A stretch of 64,000 nt of DNA from Chloroflexota bacterium (GTDB taxonomy: Bacteria > Chloroflexota > Anaerolineae > Aggregatilineales > Ch27), in assembly GCA_019873685.1 (NCBI GenBank), contig JAIOAT010000003.1:1207-65206 (forward strand), in the 5' to 3' direction. This document shows, piece by piece, positions 18,215 through 28,843 of the stretch. Both the position numbers and the translations under genes were made by a program. The notes under the pieces were generated by a model that was not told the origin of the DNA, did not search any database, and saw nothing but the letters and a program-made list of their open reading frames with translations. Every line of letters starts with the position of its first letter. Positions within the stretch are counted from its first letter, which is position 1.

Positions 18215-19936
18215 GTGGAAGCCCTGAACCAGAACAACGAGAAGCTCCTCCGGGCGGAGCGCTACTGCCTGCGCCTGCCCGCTGACCGGCCGTTTGTGGT
18301 GCTGGAAAGTCCGCAGGGTGAACGCCTGGTTGAGCTATTCCCCTTTTCCAGCATCCATCCCCTAAACGGACGTGACGATACTTATCAGACCAGCCCCTGG
18401 GAGTTCCAGCCGGCAGCGGACGGCTACACGCTCTCCTGCACGGCCAGGAGCACCGCCTGGGCCGCCAAGACTTACCGTTTCCGTTGCACGCCGCGTCGCC
18501 TGACCTATGAGATCGAAGTAGAGGGCGAAGGTGTGTTGACGGAAGCGCTTTACTTCGGAGGCTACTACGCGGAGAGCCTGCGCTGGGGGAGCGGTTTCTT
18601 CTGGTCAGGGCAGCGCTTCAGCCAGGTCTTCAACCCTGAGCCAAACATCCCGGAAATCTTCCACCACCACCCTGCCAGCCATACGCGCATCGACATGACC
18701 GGCGTGCCCATCCCGGCCAGAGGCGACTGGTTTTTTACCCCACCGCCCTTCTGTTTCGCCGCGCAGACCGCCGACGGCTGGCTGGCGCTGGGCGTGGAAG
18801 CCGCGCCGGGGGCTAACACTTTCACGGAGTATCACTACTGCGGCAGCGAGGGGGCTTTCTATCTGGCGCTCACCTATGAGGGATACACGACCGTCCACGG
18901 GCGGATGACGCTGCCAGCCATCGGCTTTGACTTCGCGCCGGATGAATACACCGCCCTGAGCGCGCATGTGGCCGCACTGCGGGCTGCCGAGCTGGTCCCC
19001 ATTCCCCGCCGGGAAACAACGCCGGACTGGTGGCAGGCCCCGATCTTCTGCGGCTGGGGGGCGCAGTGCCACATCGCCAGCCGGGAAGGTGGCCGCGCGC
19101 CGGAATACGCCCGCCAGAGTCTGTACGAGGACTTCCTTGCCACGCTGGAAGCGCACGATCTCCAGCCCGGCATCATCGTCCTGGACGACAAATGGCAGGC
19201 CGCCTATGGCGACAGCCGGGCAGACACCGCCAGATGGCCCGACCTGCCGGGATTCATTGCCGGGCAACACCGGCGGGGGCGGCGGGTGCTGTTGTGGTTC
19301 AAAGCCTGGGACCCGGAAGGTGTGCCGGTCGAAGAATGCATCACCCATCCGGGTGGTTTGCCGGTAGCGGTCGACCCCACTCACCCCGCCTATGAGCGCC
19401 GCCTGCGCGCCGCCATCCGCCGGATGCTTTCGCCAGCAGGCTACGACGCCGACGGCTTCAAAATCGACTTTACGGCGCGTATCCCCAGCGGGCCGGGATT
19501 GCGCAGTCACCGGCCGGTCTGGGGTCTGGAACTGATGCGCCATTACCTGAGCATCATCTATGACGAAGCGAAGCAGGCCAAGCCTGACGCCCTGATCATG
19601 ACCCACACCGCCCACTCTTACCTGGCTGATGTGCTGGACATGATCCGCCTGAACGACATCAATATCGGCCAGGATGTTCTGCGGGCCATGACGCACCGGG
19701 CCAGGGTCGCCCGCCTGGCCTGCCCCGAAGCGATCATCGATACCGACAACTGGCCGATTACCGATAAGGCAACCTGGCGGGCATATGTGGCGCTTCAGCC
19801 AGAGTTAGGCGTGCCTTCGCTGTACTACGCCACCCACATCGACGCCACCGGCGAGCCGCTGACCGATGATGATTACCGCCTGATCCGCGACAGCTGGGCG
19901 CGCTGGCGCGCCCGCACCGCAGGGAGAGAATCCTGA
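18215..19936 (+). CDS. Putative clan GH-D glycoside hydrolase (GH31/GH36-like TIM barrel)
   Basis: FCGWG, VLDDKWQ, DGFKIDF (nucleophile-like), IRLND (acid/base-like); GTG start inferred from GAGGG RBS. Confidence 0.7.
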   Translation: MEALNQNNEKLLRAERYCLRLPADRPFVVLESPQGERLVELFPFSSIHPLNGRDDTYQTSPWEFQPAADGYTLSCTARSTAWAAKTYRFRCTPRRLTYEIEVEGEGVLTEALYFGGYYAESLRWGSGFFWSGQRFSQVFNPEPNIPEIFHHHPASHTRIDMTGVPIPARGDWFFTPPPFCFAAQTADGWLALGVEAAPGANTFTEYHYCGSEGAFYLALTYEGYTTVHGRMTLPAIGFDFAPDEYTALSAHVAALRAAELVPIPRRETTPDWWQAPIFCGWGAQCHIASREGGRAPEYARQSLYEDFLATLEAHDLQPGIIVLDDKWQAAYGDSRADTARWPDLPGFIAGQHRRGRRVLLWFKAWDPEGVPVEECITHPGGLPVAVDPTHPAYERRLRAAIRRMLSPAGYDADGFKIDFTARIPSGPGLRSHRPVWGLELMRHYLSIIYDEAKQAKPDALIMTHTAHSYLADVLDMIRLNDINIGQDVLRAMTHRARVARLACPEAIIDTDNWPITDKATWRAYVALQPELGVPSLYYATHIDATGEPLTDDDYRLIRDSWARWRARTAGRES

Positions 19937-21993
19937 TGGCCAACGTCACCATCTCCGCAGGCAGGGTCTGGGTGGATGACCAGCCCATCGCCCTGCTGAG
20001 CGGCGAAGTTCACTACTGGCGGCTGGACCCGGCCAACTGGCGGCCTGTCCTGCAGCGGGTCAGGGAGCTTGGCCTGCAGGTGGTCGCCACATACGTCTGC
20101 TGGGATTTTCACGAGCTCGCGCCCGGCTCCTACGATTTCACCGGGCGGACGGATCCGCGCCGCAATCTGGTCGGCTTTCTGCAGCTGCTGGCCGAGGAAA
20201 ACTTCTGGATTATCCTGCGACCGGGGCCGTACATCTACAGCGAATGGTCAAACAACGGCGTGCCCGATCACGCTGCCCGCTATCACCGCCTGCATCCGGC
20301 TTACCTGGCCCTGGCGGAGCACTACATGGCTGCCGTCACCGAGGTCGCCCGCCCCTACCTGGCCACACAGGGCGGCCGGATCATCCTCTGGCAGGCCGAT
20401 AACGAGATCGATCCCTGGCCGCAGTTCTACGCTGAACCGCTTGGCCTCGGCCAGCAGAGCGGGCTTTTTCAGGAATACCTGCAGGAACGTTATGGGGACA
20501 TCGCGGCGCTCAACGCTGCCTGGAACACCGCCTATCGTTCCTTTGACGAGGCCCGCGCTGTGACGACCGACGTCTGTGGCGATGATCCTGTTCTGCAGGC
20601 CCGCTATCATGACTACCGCAGCTTTCTTCCCTGGTACACCAGCCGCGCCGCCCGATGGGCGGTGGAAACCTACCGCCGACTGGGAGTCGATGTGCCCATG
20701 CTGCTCAACGCCTATAGCGGCACAGGCGTACAACGCTGGGCCGACTTCGAAGCAATTGCCGGGTTGGCCGGGCCGGATATCTACCCCTCGCGGGAATTCG
20801 CCCTGCGGCACCAGGAACACCGGCACCTGCTGGAAGCCGTTCGCTACACCCGCACCTATTCCAGGCTACCCTACATCCCGGAATTTGAAGCGGGCATCTG
20901 GCACGACTGGCTGGCTGACGTGGGCACGCTGCCGCCCAATCATTACCGCCTGATGGCCCTTTCCGCCCTGCTGGCGGGGGCCGCCGGCTGGAACTGGTAC
21001 ATGCTGGTTAACCGCGATAACTGGACACAGAGTCCGATCAATGAGTGGGGCCGCACCCGTCCCGATCTCTTCGCCGCCTTCCGTCAGATCACCGACCTCT
21101 ACCGGGCCATCGATCCGCCCGCCCTGCTCAAGCAGGTCCACACCGCCGTTACCTTTGACCCGCTCCAGCGCGGCACCGAGCGACCGGGCCGCCTCCTGTT
21201 GCACAGCCTCTATGAGGCGGATATCGACTACGAATTCTGGGATGTCAGCCGCAGCGCAACAGATGCCCCGCTGGCGTTGTACGCGGGCGGCCCCTGGCTT
21301 GACGAAGCCGGGCAGCGGCGGCTGGTTGAGTACATCGAGAGGGGCGGGCATCTGATCTGCCTGGGCGCCTACCCGCACTATGATGAGCATCTGCGTCCCC
21401 TGAATCTGCTGGCGATTCCCGCGCCGGATGGCCTCCTGACTGGCGGGGCGGCCACACTGCGTCTATCCCTGTTCGACGGCCAGATTATCGAAAGCCCCTG
21501 GCTGGGCCACTATGCGACCGTCCCCGGCCAGCCTGTAGTGGCTGAGCGCCTGCCGCTGGTCAGCCTTTCCTCGGAGGAGCTGGCCCTGCAGTTCAACCTG
21601 CAAGCCGGAACGCGCTACACCATCGGCTTCACCCAGGCGCGCGGTCAGGGCCGCCTGACCGTCCTCCATCTGCAGCCGACGCCGGAGACGCTGCTGGCGC
21701 TGCACCGCTGGGCCGGCGTACCGCTTATCTGCCGGTCACGCACACCCGGCGTCAACACAGCGTTCTTCCGCCGCGGCGAAGAGGCGGTTCTGATCGCCGT
21801 CAACCCCGGCGACGAAGCCAAAGCAGCGGAAATTGAGCTGGAACCGGGCCTGCTGGCAGAAGGCCGCTGGCTGATCCAGAATCTGACTGGCGGCCAGTCA
21901 ACCCCGGTGGCGTTCCCGGCGGCCAGTACGCTGACCGTGCAGCTGCCGCGCAAGGATGGCGTCATCCTGCTGATGCGCCGGGCAACTGAGTAG
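19936..21993 (+). CDS. Beta-galactosidase-like glycosidase (GH35 with GH42-like insertion)
   Basis: LSGEVHYWR, LRPGPYIYSEW, QADNEI, YGDIAALNAAWNT, IPEFEAG. Confidence 0.85.
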   Translation: MANVTISAGRVWVDDQPIALLSGEVHYWRLDPANWRPVLQRVRELGLQVVATYVCWDFHELAPGSYDFTGRTDPRRNLVGFLQLLAEENFWIILRPGPYIYSEWSNNGVPDHAARYHRLHPAYLALAEHYMAAVTEVARPYLATQGGRIILWQADNEIDPWPQFYAEPLGLGQQSGLFQEYLQERYGDIAALNAAWNTAYRSFDEARAVTTDVCGDDPVLQARYHDYRSFLPWYTSRAARWAVETYRRLGVDVPMLLNAYSGTGVQRWADFEAIAGLAGPDIYPSREFALRHQEHRHLLEAVRYTRTYSRLPYIPEFEAGIWHDWLADVGTLPPNHYRLMALSALLAGAAGWNWYMLVNRDNWTQSPINEWGRTRPDLFAAFRQITDLYRAIDPPALLKQVHTAVTFDPLQRGTERPGRLLLHSLYEADIDYEFWDVSRSATDAPLALYAGGPWLDEAGQRRLVEYIERGGHLICLGAYPHYDEHLRPLNLLAIPAPDGLLTGGAATLRLSLFDGQIIESPWLGHYATVPGQPVVAERLPLVSLSSEELALQFNLQAGTRYTIGFTQARGQGRLTVLHLQPTPETLLALHRWAGVPLICRSRTPGVNTAFFRRGEEAVLIAVNPGDEAKAAEIELEPGLLAEGRWLIQNLTGGQSTPVAFPAASTLTVQLPRKDGVILLMRRATE

Positions 21994-22131
21994 CCGTGAA
22001 CTTGCAGACAAGAGGGCTGACCAAGGACAACAAAGCCACAGGCAACAGGTCGTCAGCAGGCTGGAGCACAGTACAATCGAGCGCGTTCAAACCGTTATGA
22101 ATGGCGCGCGCCTCTTTGAAAACAGGATGAT

Positions 22132-23445
22132 ATGGACACCGACCTGATTCAACATGGCAAGGATATCGCCGAACGGATCCTCATCAACAATGGTGATGAA
22201 TTGGGCATCCTCGGTTCCAGCCAGGCCTACCGGCAGGTCTGGGCGCGGGATAGCATGATCGCCGGCCTGGGGCTGGAGCTGTGCCCCGACGACGAAGGTC
22301 GGGCGATTCACCGGCGCTCACTGGAAACCCTGCGTCAGTTCCAGAGTGCGCTGGGCAAAATCCCACACAATGTTGGCTATACAAACATCAACGATCCGGC
22401 GCTGGTCGCTCTGGGCGGCCACCTGGGCACCGAAGCCAACGGCAGGCGCATTGTCACTGATACCACTCACGCCGGCTGTGTGGATAGCAACCTGTGGTAC
22501 ATCCTGGGCCATTACTATCACTTCGTCCTGGGGCGCGATCTCGACTATCTGCGGCGAGTCTGGCCCAGCCTGGAGAAGACGCTGCTGTGGTTGCGTTACC
22601 AGGACTCCAACGAGTGTGGCCTGCTGGAAGTCCACGAAGCGATGGACTGGGCTGACCTCTTCTCCAACCGCTACAACGTCCTGTACGACAACGTGCTGTA
22701 CTTCGCCGTCTGGAAGGCGATGGGCCACCTGGCTGCCGCCCTGGGCCTGCCCGCGGATAACTACGCCCACACTGCGGAAGACATCCGGCGCAAGATCAAC
22801 ATCCTGCTCTGGGTGGGGCCGGAGGAGCCGAAAGATTGGGGCTGGGTGCGCCGGGAGCGGCAGGAATGGCTGTATCCCCTGCACCGCGTGGAAACCGAGC
22901 TGGTCGTCCGGCCCTTCTACCTGCCGTACATGGGCTTCCGGGAGTACGCCGACCGCTTCGACACGCTTGGCAACCTGCTGGCGATCCTGTTTGGCGTGGC
23001 CGATTCCCGCAAAGCCAACCTGATCCTGGATTACATCCACGGCACCGGGTTGAACGAGCCGTATCCGGTGCGTGCGCTTTACCCGGTTATCCAGCCAGGC
23101 GACCGCGACTGGCGCGATTACTTCCGTGTGCGCAACCTCAACCTGCCCCATCATTACCATAATGGCGGCGCCTGGCCGTTCATCGGCGGATTCTATGTCG
23201 CGGCGCTGGTGCAGGCCGGACGGCTGGAGGAAGCCCGCTGCCAGCTCAGCCGCCTGGCCAGGATGAACCAGCAGGGTATCCGCCAGGAATGGGAATTCAA
23301 CGAATGGTTCCACGGCCAGTCGGGTCGTCCGATGGGCTTTGCCGGGCAATCCTGGTCAGCGGCTATGTACCTCTACGCTGTCGACGCCGTCGAGCGCGGC
23401 CAGATCAGAGCCTTCGCCATGGAGGATGGATGGGGACTGGCATGA
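22132..23445 (+). CDS. (alpha/alpha)6 glycoside hydrolase, GH100 / amylo-alpha-1,6-glucosidase-like
   Basis: VWARD, DSNLWY, DWAD, YHNGGAWP, EFNEW, QSWSAA motifs. Confidence 0.82.
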   Translation: MDTDLIQHGKDIAERILINNGDELGILGSSQAYRQVWARDSMIAGLGLELCPDDEGRAIHRRSLETLRQFQSALGKIPHNVGYTNINDPALVALGGHLGTEANGRRIVTDTTHAGCVDSNLWYILGHYYHFVLGRDLDYLRRVWPSLEKTLLWLRYQDSNECGLLEVHEAMDWADLFSNRYNVLYDNVLYFAVWKAMGHLAAALGLPADNYAHTAEDIRRKINILLWVGPEEPKDWGWVRRERQEWLYPLHRVETELVVRPFYLPYMGFREYADRFDTLGNLLAILFGVADSRKANLILDYIHGTGLNEPYPVRALYPVIQPGDRDWRDYFRVRNLNLPHHYHNGGAWPFIGGFYVAALVQAGRLEEARCQLSRLARMNQQGIRQEWEFNEWFHGQSGRPMGFAGQSWSAAMYLYAVDAVERGQIRAFAMEDGWGLA

Positions 23446-24584
23446 GCACCATGACCTCGCGCGAGCGGATGATTGTGGCCATGACCAACCGCCAGCCAGA
23501 TTGCGTGCCGGTCGCCCCGGACATCTCCAACATGATTCCCTGCCGACTGACCGGCAAGCCGTTCTGGGAGATCTACTACTTCGCCGACCCACCCCTCTGG
23601 CGGGCGTATATCGAAGCCGTCAAGTACTTTGGGTTCGACGGCTGGTTCACCGAAGGCGCAATGCAGTACCAGTGGCCGGGTGAGCGTTTCAGCGCGGTCG
23701 AGGACATGCGCAAGACGGCCGAGACCTGGGTCGTGCGCACGCGCGGGCAGATAGACCGTCACCGTTACCACATCGAGACCACTTACTATGTTGCCGATTC
23801 GCCCACCCGTACCGGTCGGCCAATGAGCGACATCGATACGATGTGGCCACTGCTGGAGGCGTGGTTTGCCCCACCGGTCGGCTATAACCCGGAATTGCTG
23901 CGGCGACAGCGCCAGGAACTGGGCGAACTAGGCGCGTTCGGGGTGAGCATCAGCTATCCGGGCTTTCAGGCCTGGCTGGACCTCTTTCAGGGCGGTCTGA
24001 CCGACCTCAGCCTGTGGTACTACTACAACCACGGCGCGATCGAGCGATTGCGCGAGCTTCACGAACGCCAGGTTCTCAAACAGATGGAGATGATTCTGGA
24101 CGAGCGACCCGACTTCGTCCTGCTCGGCGCATCCGGCACGCTGACTCTGCAGTCGCCCCGCATCGCCCGCGAACTCTCCTTCCCGACCATCCAGAAGCTG
24201 ACGCGCATGGCTCGCGAGGCCGGTGTGCCGACCATGCTGCACTCCTGCGGCAAGGAACGCGAGCTGGTCCGCTGGTGCGCAGAAGAAAGCGACCTCAACT
24301 GCATCAACCCGCTGGAAATCCCTCCGATGGGAGACTGTGACCTGGCCGAGATCAAGCAGACCCACGGCCACCAGATCGCTCTGATGGGTAACCTGCATAC
24401 CACCGACGTGATGTTGCTCGGGACGCCAGAGGATGTAGCCCGCGCAGCACGGGCGGCCATCGACGCGGCAGGTGCAGGCGGCGGGTTCATCCTGTCTACT
24501 GGCGACCAGTGTGGCCGCGATACCCCTGACGAAAACATCTTCGCCCTGGTTGAAGTTGCCCGCACGTACGGGCGCTACCACTGA
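23442..24584 (+). CDS. Uroporphyrinogen decarboxylase / MtaA-CmuA superfamily protein
   Basis: MTSRERM...PDCVPV, LHSCG, LMGNL, GGGFILSTG; ATGA overlap with the upstream stop. Confidence 0.88.
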   Translation: MSTMTSRERMIVAMTNRQPDCVPVAPDISNMIPCRLTGKPFWEIYYFADPPLWRAYIEAVKYFGFDGWFTEGAMQYQWPGERFSAVEDMRKTAETWVVRTRGQIDRHRYHIETTYYVADSPTRTGRPMSDIDTMWPLLEAWFAPPVGYNPELLRRQRQELGELGAFGVSISYPGFQAWLDLFQGGLTDLSLWYYYNHGAIERLRELHERQVLKQMEMILDERPDFVLLGASGTLTLQSPRIARELSFPTIQKLTRMAREAGVPTMLHSCGKERELVRWCAEESDLNCINPLEIPPMGDCDLAEIKQTHGHQIALMGNLHTTDVMLLGTPEDVARAARAAIDAAGAGGGFILSTGDQCGRDTPDENIFALVEVARTYGRYH

Positions 24585-24600
24585 CACAGGAGCACCGGCC

Positions 24601-26403
24601 ATGCACGCCATCCTGGAAAACCTGTTCCGTTTTGAGGACACCTGCCATGTCTACGTGATCCGTAACGGAGAAACGGCCGTACTGGTAGATTTTGGCGACG
24701 GCGATGTTCTTGATCGCCTGTCCACGCTCGGTGTTAACCGGGTAGCCGCCGTGCTGATGACCCACCATCACCGGGATCAGGGCCAGGGGCTGGCGCGGGC
24801 GGTCGCGGCGGGCATCCCGATCTGGGTCCCTCACACGGAGCAGGACCTCTTCCGGGCGGTAGACGCTCACTGGCAGGCCCGCCCGATCTTCAACAACTAC
24901 AGCATGCGCCAGGATCGCTTTTCCCTGCTGGAACCCGTGCCGATCGCTGGCACCCTGCTGGACTACGCTGAACATGAATTTGGCGGTTTGCGCTTCACCG
25001 TCCTGCCTACGCCGGGACATACCACCGGCTCGATCACCCTGCTGGCGAAGATCGGCGGCCAGCGCGTCGCCTTCACCGGCGATCTGATCGCCGCGCCCGG
25101 CCAGGTCTGGAGCATGGCCGCCACCCAGTGGTCGTACAATGGCGCGGAAGGCGTCGCCGCCAGCATCCCCTCGCTGCTTGACCTGAAAGCGCAGGCCCCG
25201 GACTTGCTCCTGCCCTCGCACGGCGATCCCATCGCTGCACCCGGCCCGGCCATTGACCTGCTGATCGAGCGCTTCTGGCGGTTGCTGCGCCTGCGCGGCC
25301 AGAACCCGCGCCTGTTCGAGCTGCACGAACGACCTTACCAGGCAATCACGCCCCACCTGCTACGGCACCGGGCTTCGGTCGCCAATACCTACGTGCTGCT
25401 TTCCGAGCGGCGTACGGCGCTGCTGATCGACTTCGGCTACGATTTCGTGACCGGCGAAGCCTCCGGCAGCGATCGCGCCTCGCGCCGTCCCTGGCTGCAT
25501 ACCCTGCCCGCGCTCAAGACGCAGTTTGGCGTTGACAGGGTAGCTGTGGTCATCCCCACCCACTACCATGACGATCACGTGGCGGGGATCAACCTGCTGC
25601 GCCAGGTGGAAAAAACCGAGCACTGGGCGGCGGAGTCCTTCGCTGAGGTGCTGGAAAATCCGGCCCGCTACGACCTGCCCTGTCTGTGGTACGACCCCAT
25701 CCCGGTTGACCGCCGCCTGCCGCTGGAAACGCCGATCCGCTGGGAGGAATACACGCTGACCCTGCATCCCCTGCCCGGTCACACCCTGTATGCCGTGGCC
25801 ATCGAGTTTGAGGTCGATGGCCGCCGTGTCCTGGCCACCGGCGACCAGTACCAGGGCGATGATGGGCTGGAACTGAACTACGTGTATCCGAACCGCTTTC
25901 GTATTGGCGATTATGCGCAGAGCGCGGCGCTTTACCGGCGCATCAGGCCAGACATCATCCTCTCCGGTCACTGGAATCCCCTGTGGGTAACGCCGGATTA
26001 CTTTGACCGGCTGGAAGCGATGGGGGCCGAACTGGACGCTCTGCATCGCGACCTGCAACCGCCGGAGCCAGACCTCGGTGCGGAAGGCTTCCTGGCGCGC
26101 CTGACGCCCTACCAGACCCTTGCTCGCGGCGGGCAGGCAGTGACCTTCCAGGTGGAGGTGCGCAACCCCTTCCCGCGCCCGGCTGAGGCGACGCTGACCA
26201 TTGTCGTTCCTGCTGGCTGGCAGGGCGACGGGCCGCTCGCGCTGGCGCTACCGGCAAGCGGGACAGGTACGGCCAGCTTCGCTGTGACTCCGCCGCTGGA
26301 CTTCGCCGGACGCCGCGCGCGAATCGCTGTCGATCTGACCATCGCCGGCCGGCGCTTTGGTCAGCAGGCGGAAGCGCTACTCAGCGCCAGCTATATCTCC
26401 TGA
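24601..26403 (+). CDS. Tandem metallo-beta-lactamase-fold hydrolase with C-terminal Ig-like domain
   Basis: THHHRDQ...PGHT...TGD...PSHG and THYHDDH...PGHT...TGD...SGH. Confidence 0.85.
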   Translation: MHAILENLFRFEDTCHVYVIRNGETAVLVDFGDGDVLDRLSTLGVNRVAAVLMTHHHRDQGQGLARAVAAGIPIWVPHTEQDLFRAVDAHWQARPIFNNYSMRQDRFSLLEPVPIAGTLLDYAEHEFGGLRFTVLPTPGHTTGSITLLAKIGGQRVAFTGDLIAAPGQVWSMAATQWSYNGAEGVAASIPSLLDLKAQAPDLLLPSHGDPIAAPGPAIDLLIERFWRLLRLRGQNPRLFELHERPYQAITPHLLRHRASVANTYVLLSERRTALLIDFGYDFVTGEASGSDRASRRPWLHTLPALKTQFGVDRVAVVIPTHYHDDHVAGINLLRQVEKTEHWAAESFAEVLENPARYDLPCLWYDPIPVDRRLPLETPIRWEEYTLTLHPLPGHTLYAVAIEFEVDGRRVLATGDQYQGDDGLELNYVYPNRFRIGDYAQSAALYRRIRPDIILSGHWNPLWVTPDYFDRLEAMGAELDALHRDLQPPEPDLGAEGFLARLTPYQTLARGGQAVTFQVEVRNPFPRPAEATLTIVVPAGWQGDGPLALALPASGTGTASFAVTPPLDFAGRRARIAVDLTIAGRRFGQQAEALLSASYIS

Positions 26404-26425
26404 ACCCCTCAGCATGGGAGAGACT

Positions 26426-28843
26426 ATGAAAGACACTACCCTGCACATGATCGGCAACGCCCATATCGATCCGGTCTGGCTGTGGCCCTGGCAGGAAGGC
26501 TTTCAGGAAATCCGGGCGACCTTCCGCTCAGCCCTGGACCGCATGGCTGAATATGACGATTTCATCTTTGTGGCCAGCTCGGCGGCCTTTTACGAATGGA
26601 TAGAGCAGACCGATCCGGCCATGTTTGAGGAAATCCGCCAGCGCGTGGCCGAAGGGCGCTGGCAGCTGGTCGGCGGCTGGTGGGTGGAGCCGGACTGCAA
26701 CATCCCCTGTGGCGAATCATTCGTCCGCCATGGCCTGATCGGCCAGCGCTACTTCAAGGCCAAGTTTGGCCGCACAGCCCGCGTCGGCTTCAACATCGAC
26801 AGCTTCGGCCATGCCGGATCGCTGCCGCAAATCCTCAAGAAAAGCGGGCTGGATTACTACACCTTCCTGCGGCCCATGCCCTACGAGAAGAGTCTGCCGG
26901 GCCGCCTGTTCTGGTGGGAAGCCGACGACGGCTCCCGTGTGCTGGCCTTCCGCATTCCGTTTGAGTACCTCTCCTGGGGCAAGGAACTGGATCATCACGT
27001 CCGGCGCTGCGCCGATGAGATGAAGCCGCCACTGGATGAGTTCATGTGCTTCTACGGCGTGGGCAATCACGGCGGCGGCCCGACCAGAGCCAACATTGAG
27101 AGCATCCATCGGTTGAACGCTGATCCCGCCTATCCCCGTGTGATCTGCAGCTCACCGGAGGCGTTCTTCACCGCCATCGAGGCCAAAGGGCTGCCACTGC
27201 CGGTAGTGCACAGTGACCTGCAGAAACACGCCTCCGGCTGTTACGCCGCCCACTCCGGCGTCAAGCGCTGGAACCGCCTGGCGGAAAACCGCCTGCTGGC
27301 CGCGGAGAAGTGGTCGCTGCTGGCAGCGTGGACCACTGGCCTGCCCTACCCGACCGATTTCAACCGCGCCTGGAAGAACGTGCTCTTCAACCAGTTCCAC
27401 GACATCCTGGCCGGGACAAGCCTGGAAAGCGCCTACGATGACGCCCGCGACACCTACGGCGAAGCGATGGCTATCGCCGACCGCGCCCTGAACGCTGCTG
27501 TGCAATCGTTCTCCCGCCAGATTCACATCCCGCTTCAGGAAGGCGCGCGCCCCATGGTCGTCTTCAATCCGCTCACCTGGCCCGTTCGGACCAATGTAGA
27601 GCTGGAGACCTATCGCTGGCCGGCGGGCGCCGCCCTGCTGGACGATCAGGATCAACCTGTGCCGCACCAGGAGGTGCAATCGGTCACCTCGACCGGGCGC
27701 GTCCGGCTGAGTTTCATGGCCGATCTGCCCGCGCTGGGCTACCGCACCTACCGGCTGGCGCCGGAAGGCGTTCCGGCGGCGGCTACCCCCGTGCAGGCGT
27801 CAGACGGCGTGCTGGAAAACGAGCGCTTCCGTCTGGAATTTGACCCGGAAACGGGCTGCATCGCCAGCCTGTACGACCGTCAGGCGGAGGTTCAGGTCTT
27901 CTCCGGCCCGGCAGCCCGGCCCGTTGTGATTGACGATCCGTCGGATACCTGGGGGCACAATGTCTACCGCTTCGATCAGGTCATCGGCGAATTCCGGGCG
28001 ACCAGCGTTCGGCTGGTCGAACATGGGCCGGTCAAGTCCGTGATCCGCGTGACCAGCACATACGGCCAGTCAACCCTGATCCAGGACTTTGCCATGTATC
28101 CAGGCTGCGATCAGATCGACGTCAGCGTGGTCGTCAACTGGCAGGAGCAGTTCAAGGCGCTCAAGCTGCGCTTCCCGGTCAACGTCAAATTCATGAAGGT
28201 CACCCACGAAATCCCCTATGGCCACATCGAGCAGACCGCCAACGGGGAAGAGACGCCCTTCCAGAGCTGGGTCGATGTCTCCGGCACGTCCCGCGACCGG
28301 GAAATCGCGTATGGCCTCAGCCTGCTCAACGATGGCAAGTACAGCCACGATGTCTCCGTGCGCGACATCGGCCTGACCGTCCTGCGCAGCCCGGCCTACG
28401 CCAACCACATGCCCTCTGTGCTCAAGCCGGGCGGACTGTATAGCTTCATCGACCAGGGTATCCAGCGCTTCCAGTACACGCTGCTCCCTCATACCGGCAG
28501 CTGGGAACAGGCCGGGACGGTGCGCCGCGCCGCCGAACTGAACCAACGCCCATTCATCCTGCATGAGTCGTTCCATCCGGCGGGGACGCTGCCGCAGGCG
28601 GACTCATTCATTGCCGTGCAGCCAGATCACGTGATGGTAACCGTGCTCAAGCAGGCCGAAGACGGGGACGATCTGATCGTGCGCGCCTACGAAACCGCGA
28701 AGATCGCCGCCGGGGCAACTATCGATCTGCCTCACTGGGGCCGCACCATCACGGCGCATTTTCTCCCCGGCGAGATCAAGACTTTCCGCGTGCCGCGCGA
28801 TCCGGCTCAGCCGGTGGTGGAAACGGACTTGCTGGAATGGTGA
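26426..28843 (+). CDS. Alpha-mannosidase GH38
   Basis: GNAHIDPVWLW, IDSFGH, YGVGNHGGGPT, NQFHDILAG. Confidence 0.95.
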   Translation: MKDTTLHMIGNAHIDPVWLWPWQEGFQEIRATFRSALDRMAEYDDFIFVASSAAFYEWIEQTDPAMFEEIRQRVAEGRWQLVGGWWVEPDCNIPCGESFVRHGLIGQRYFKAKFGRTARVGFNIDSFGHAGSLPQILKKSGLDYYTFLRPMPYEKSLPGRLFWWEADDGSRVLAFRIPFEYLSWGKELDHHVRRCADEMKPPLDEFMCFYGVGNHGGGPTRANIESIHRLNADPAYPRVICSSPEAFFTAIEAKGLPLPVVHSDLQKHASGCYAAHSGVKRWNRLAENRLLAAEKWSLLAAWTTGLPYPTDFNRAWKNVLFNQFHDILAGTSLESAYDDARDTYGEAMAIADRALNAAVQSFSRQIHIPLQEGARPMVVFNPLTWPVRTNVELETYRWPAGAALLDDQDQPVPHQEVQSVTSTGRVRLSFMADLPALGYRTYRLAPEGVPAAATPVQASDGVLENERFRLEFDPETGCIASLYDRQAEVQVFSGPAARPVVIDDPSDTWGHNVYRFDQVIGEFRATSVRLVEHGPVKSVIRVTSTYGQSTLIQDFAMYPGCDQIDVSVVVNWQEQFKALKLRFPVNVKFMKVTHEIPYGHIEQTANGEETPFQSWVDVSGTSRDREIAYGLSLLNDGKYSHDVSVRDIGLTVLRSPAYANHMPSVLKPGGLYSFIDQGIQRFQYTLLPHTGSWEQAGTVRRAAELNQRPFILHESFHPAGTLPQADSFIAVQPDHVMVTVLKQAEDGDDLIVRAYETAKIAAGATIDLPHWGRTITAHFLPGEIKTFRVPRDPAQPVVETDLLEW

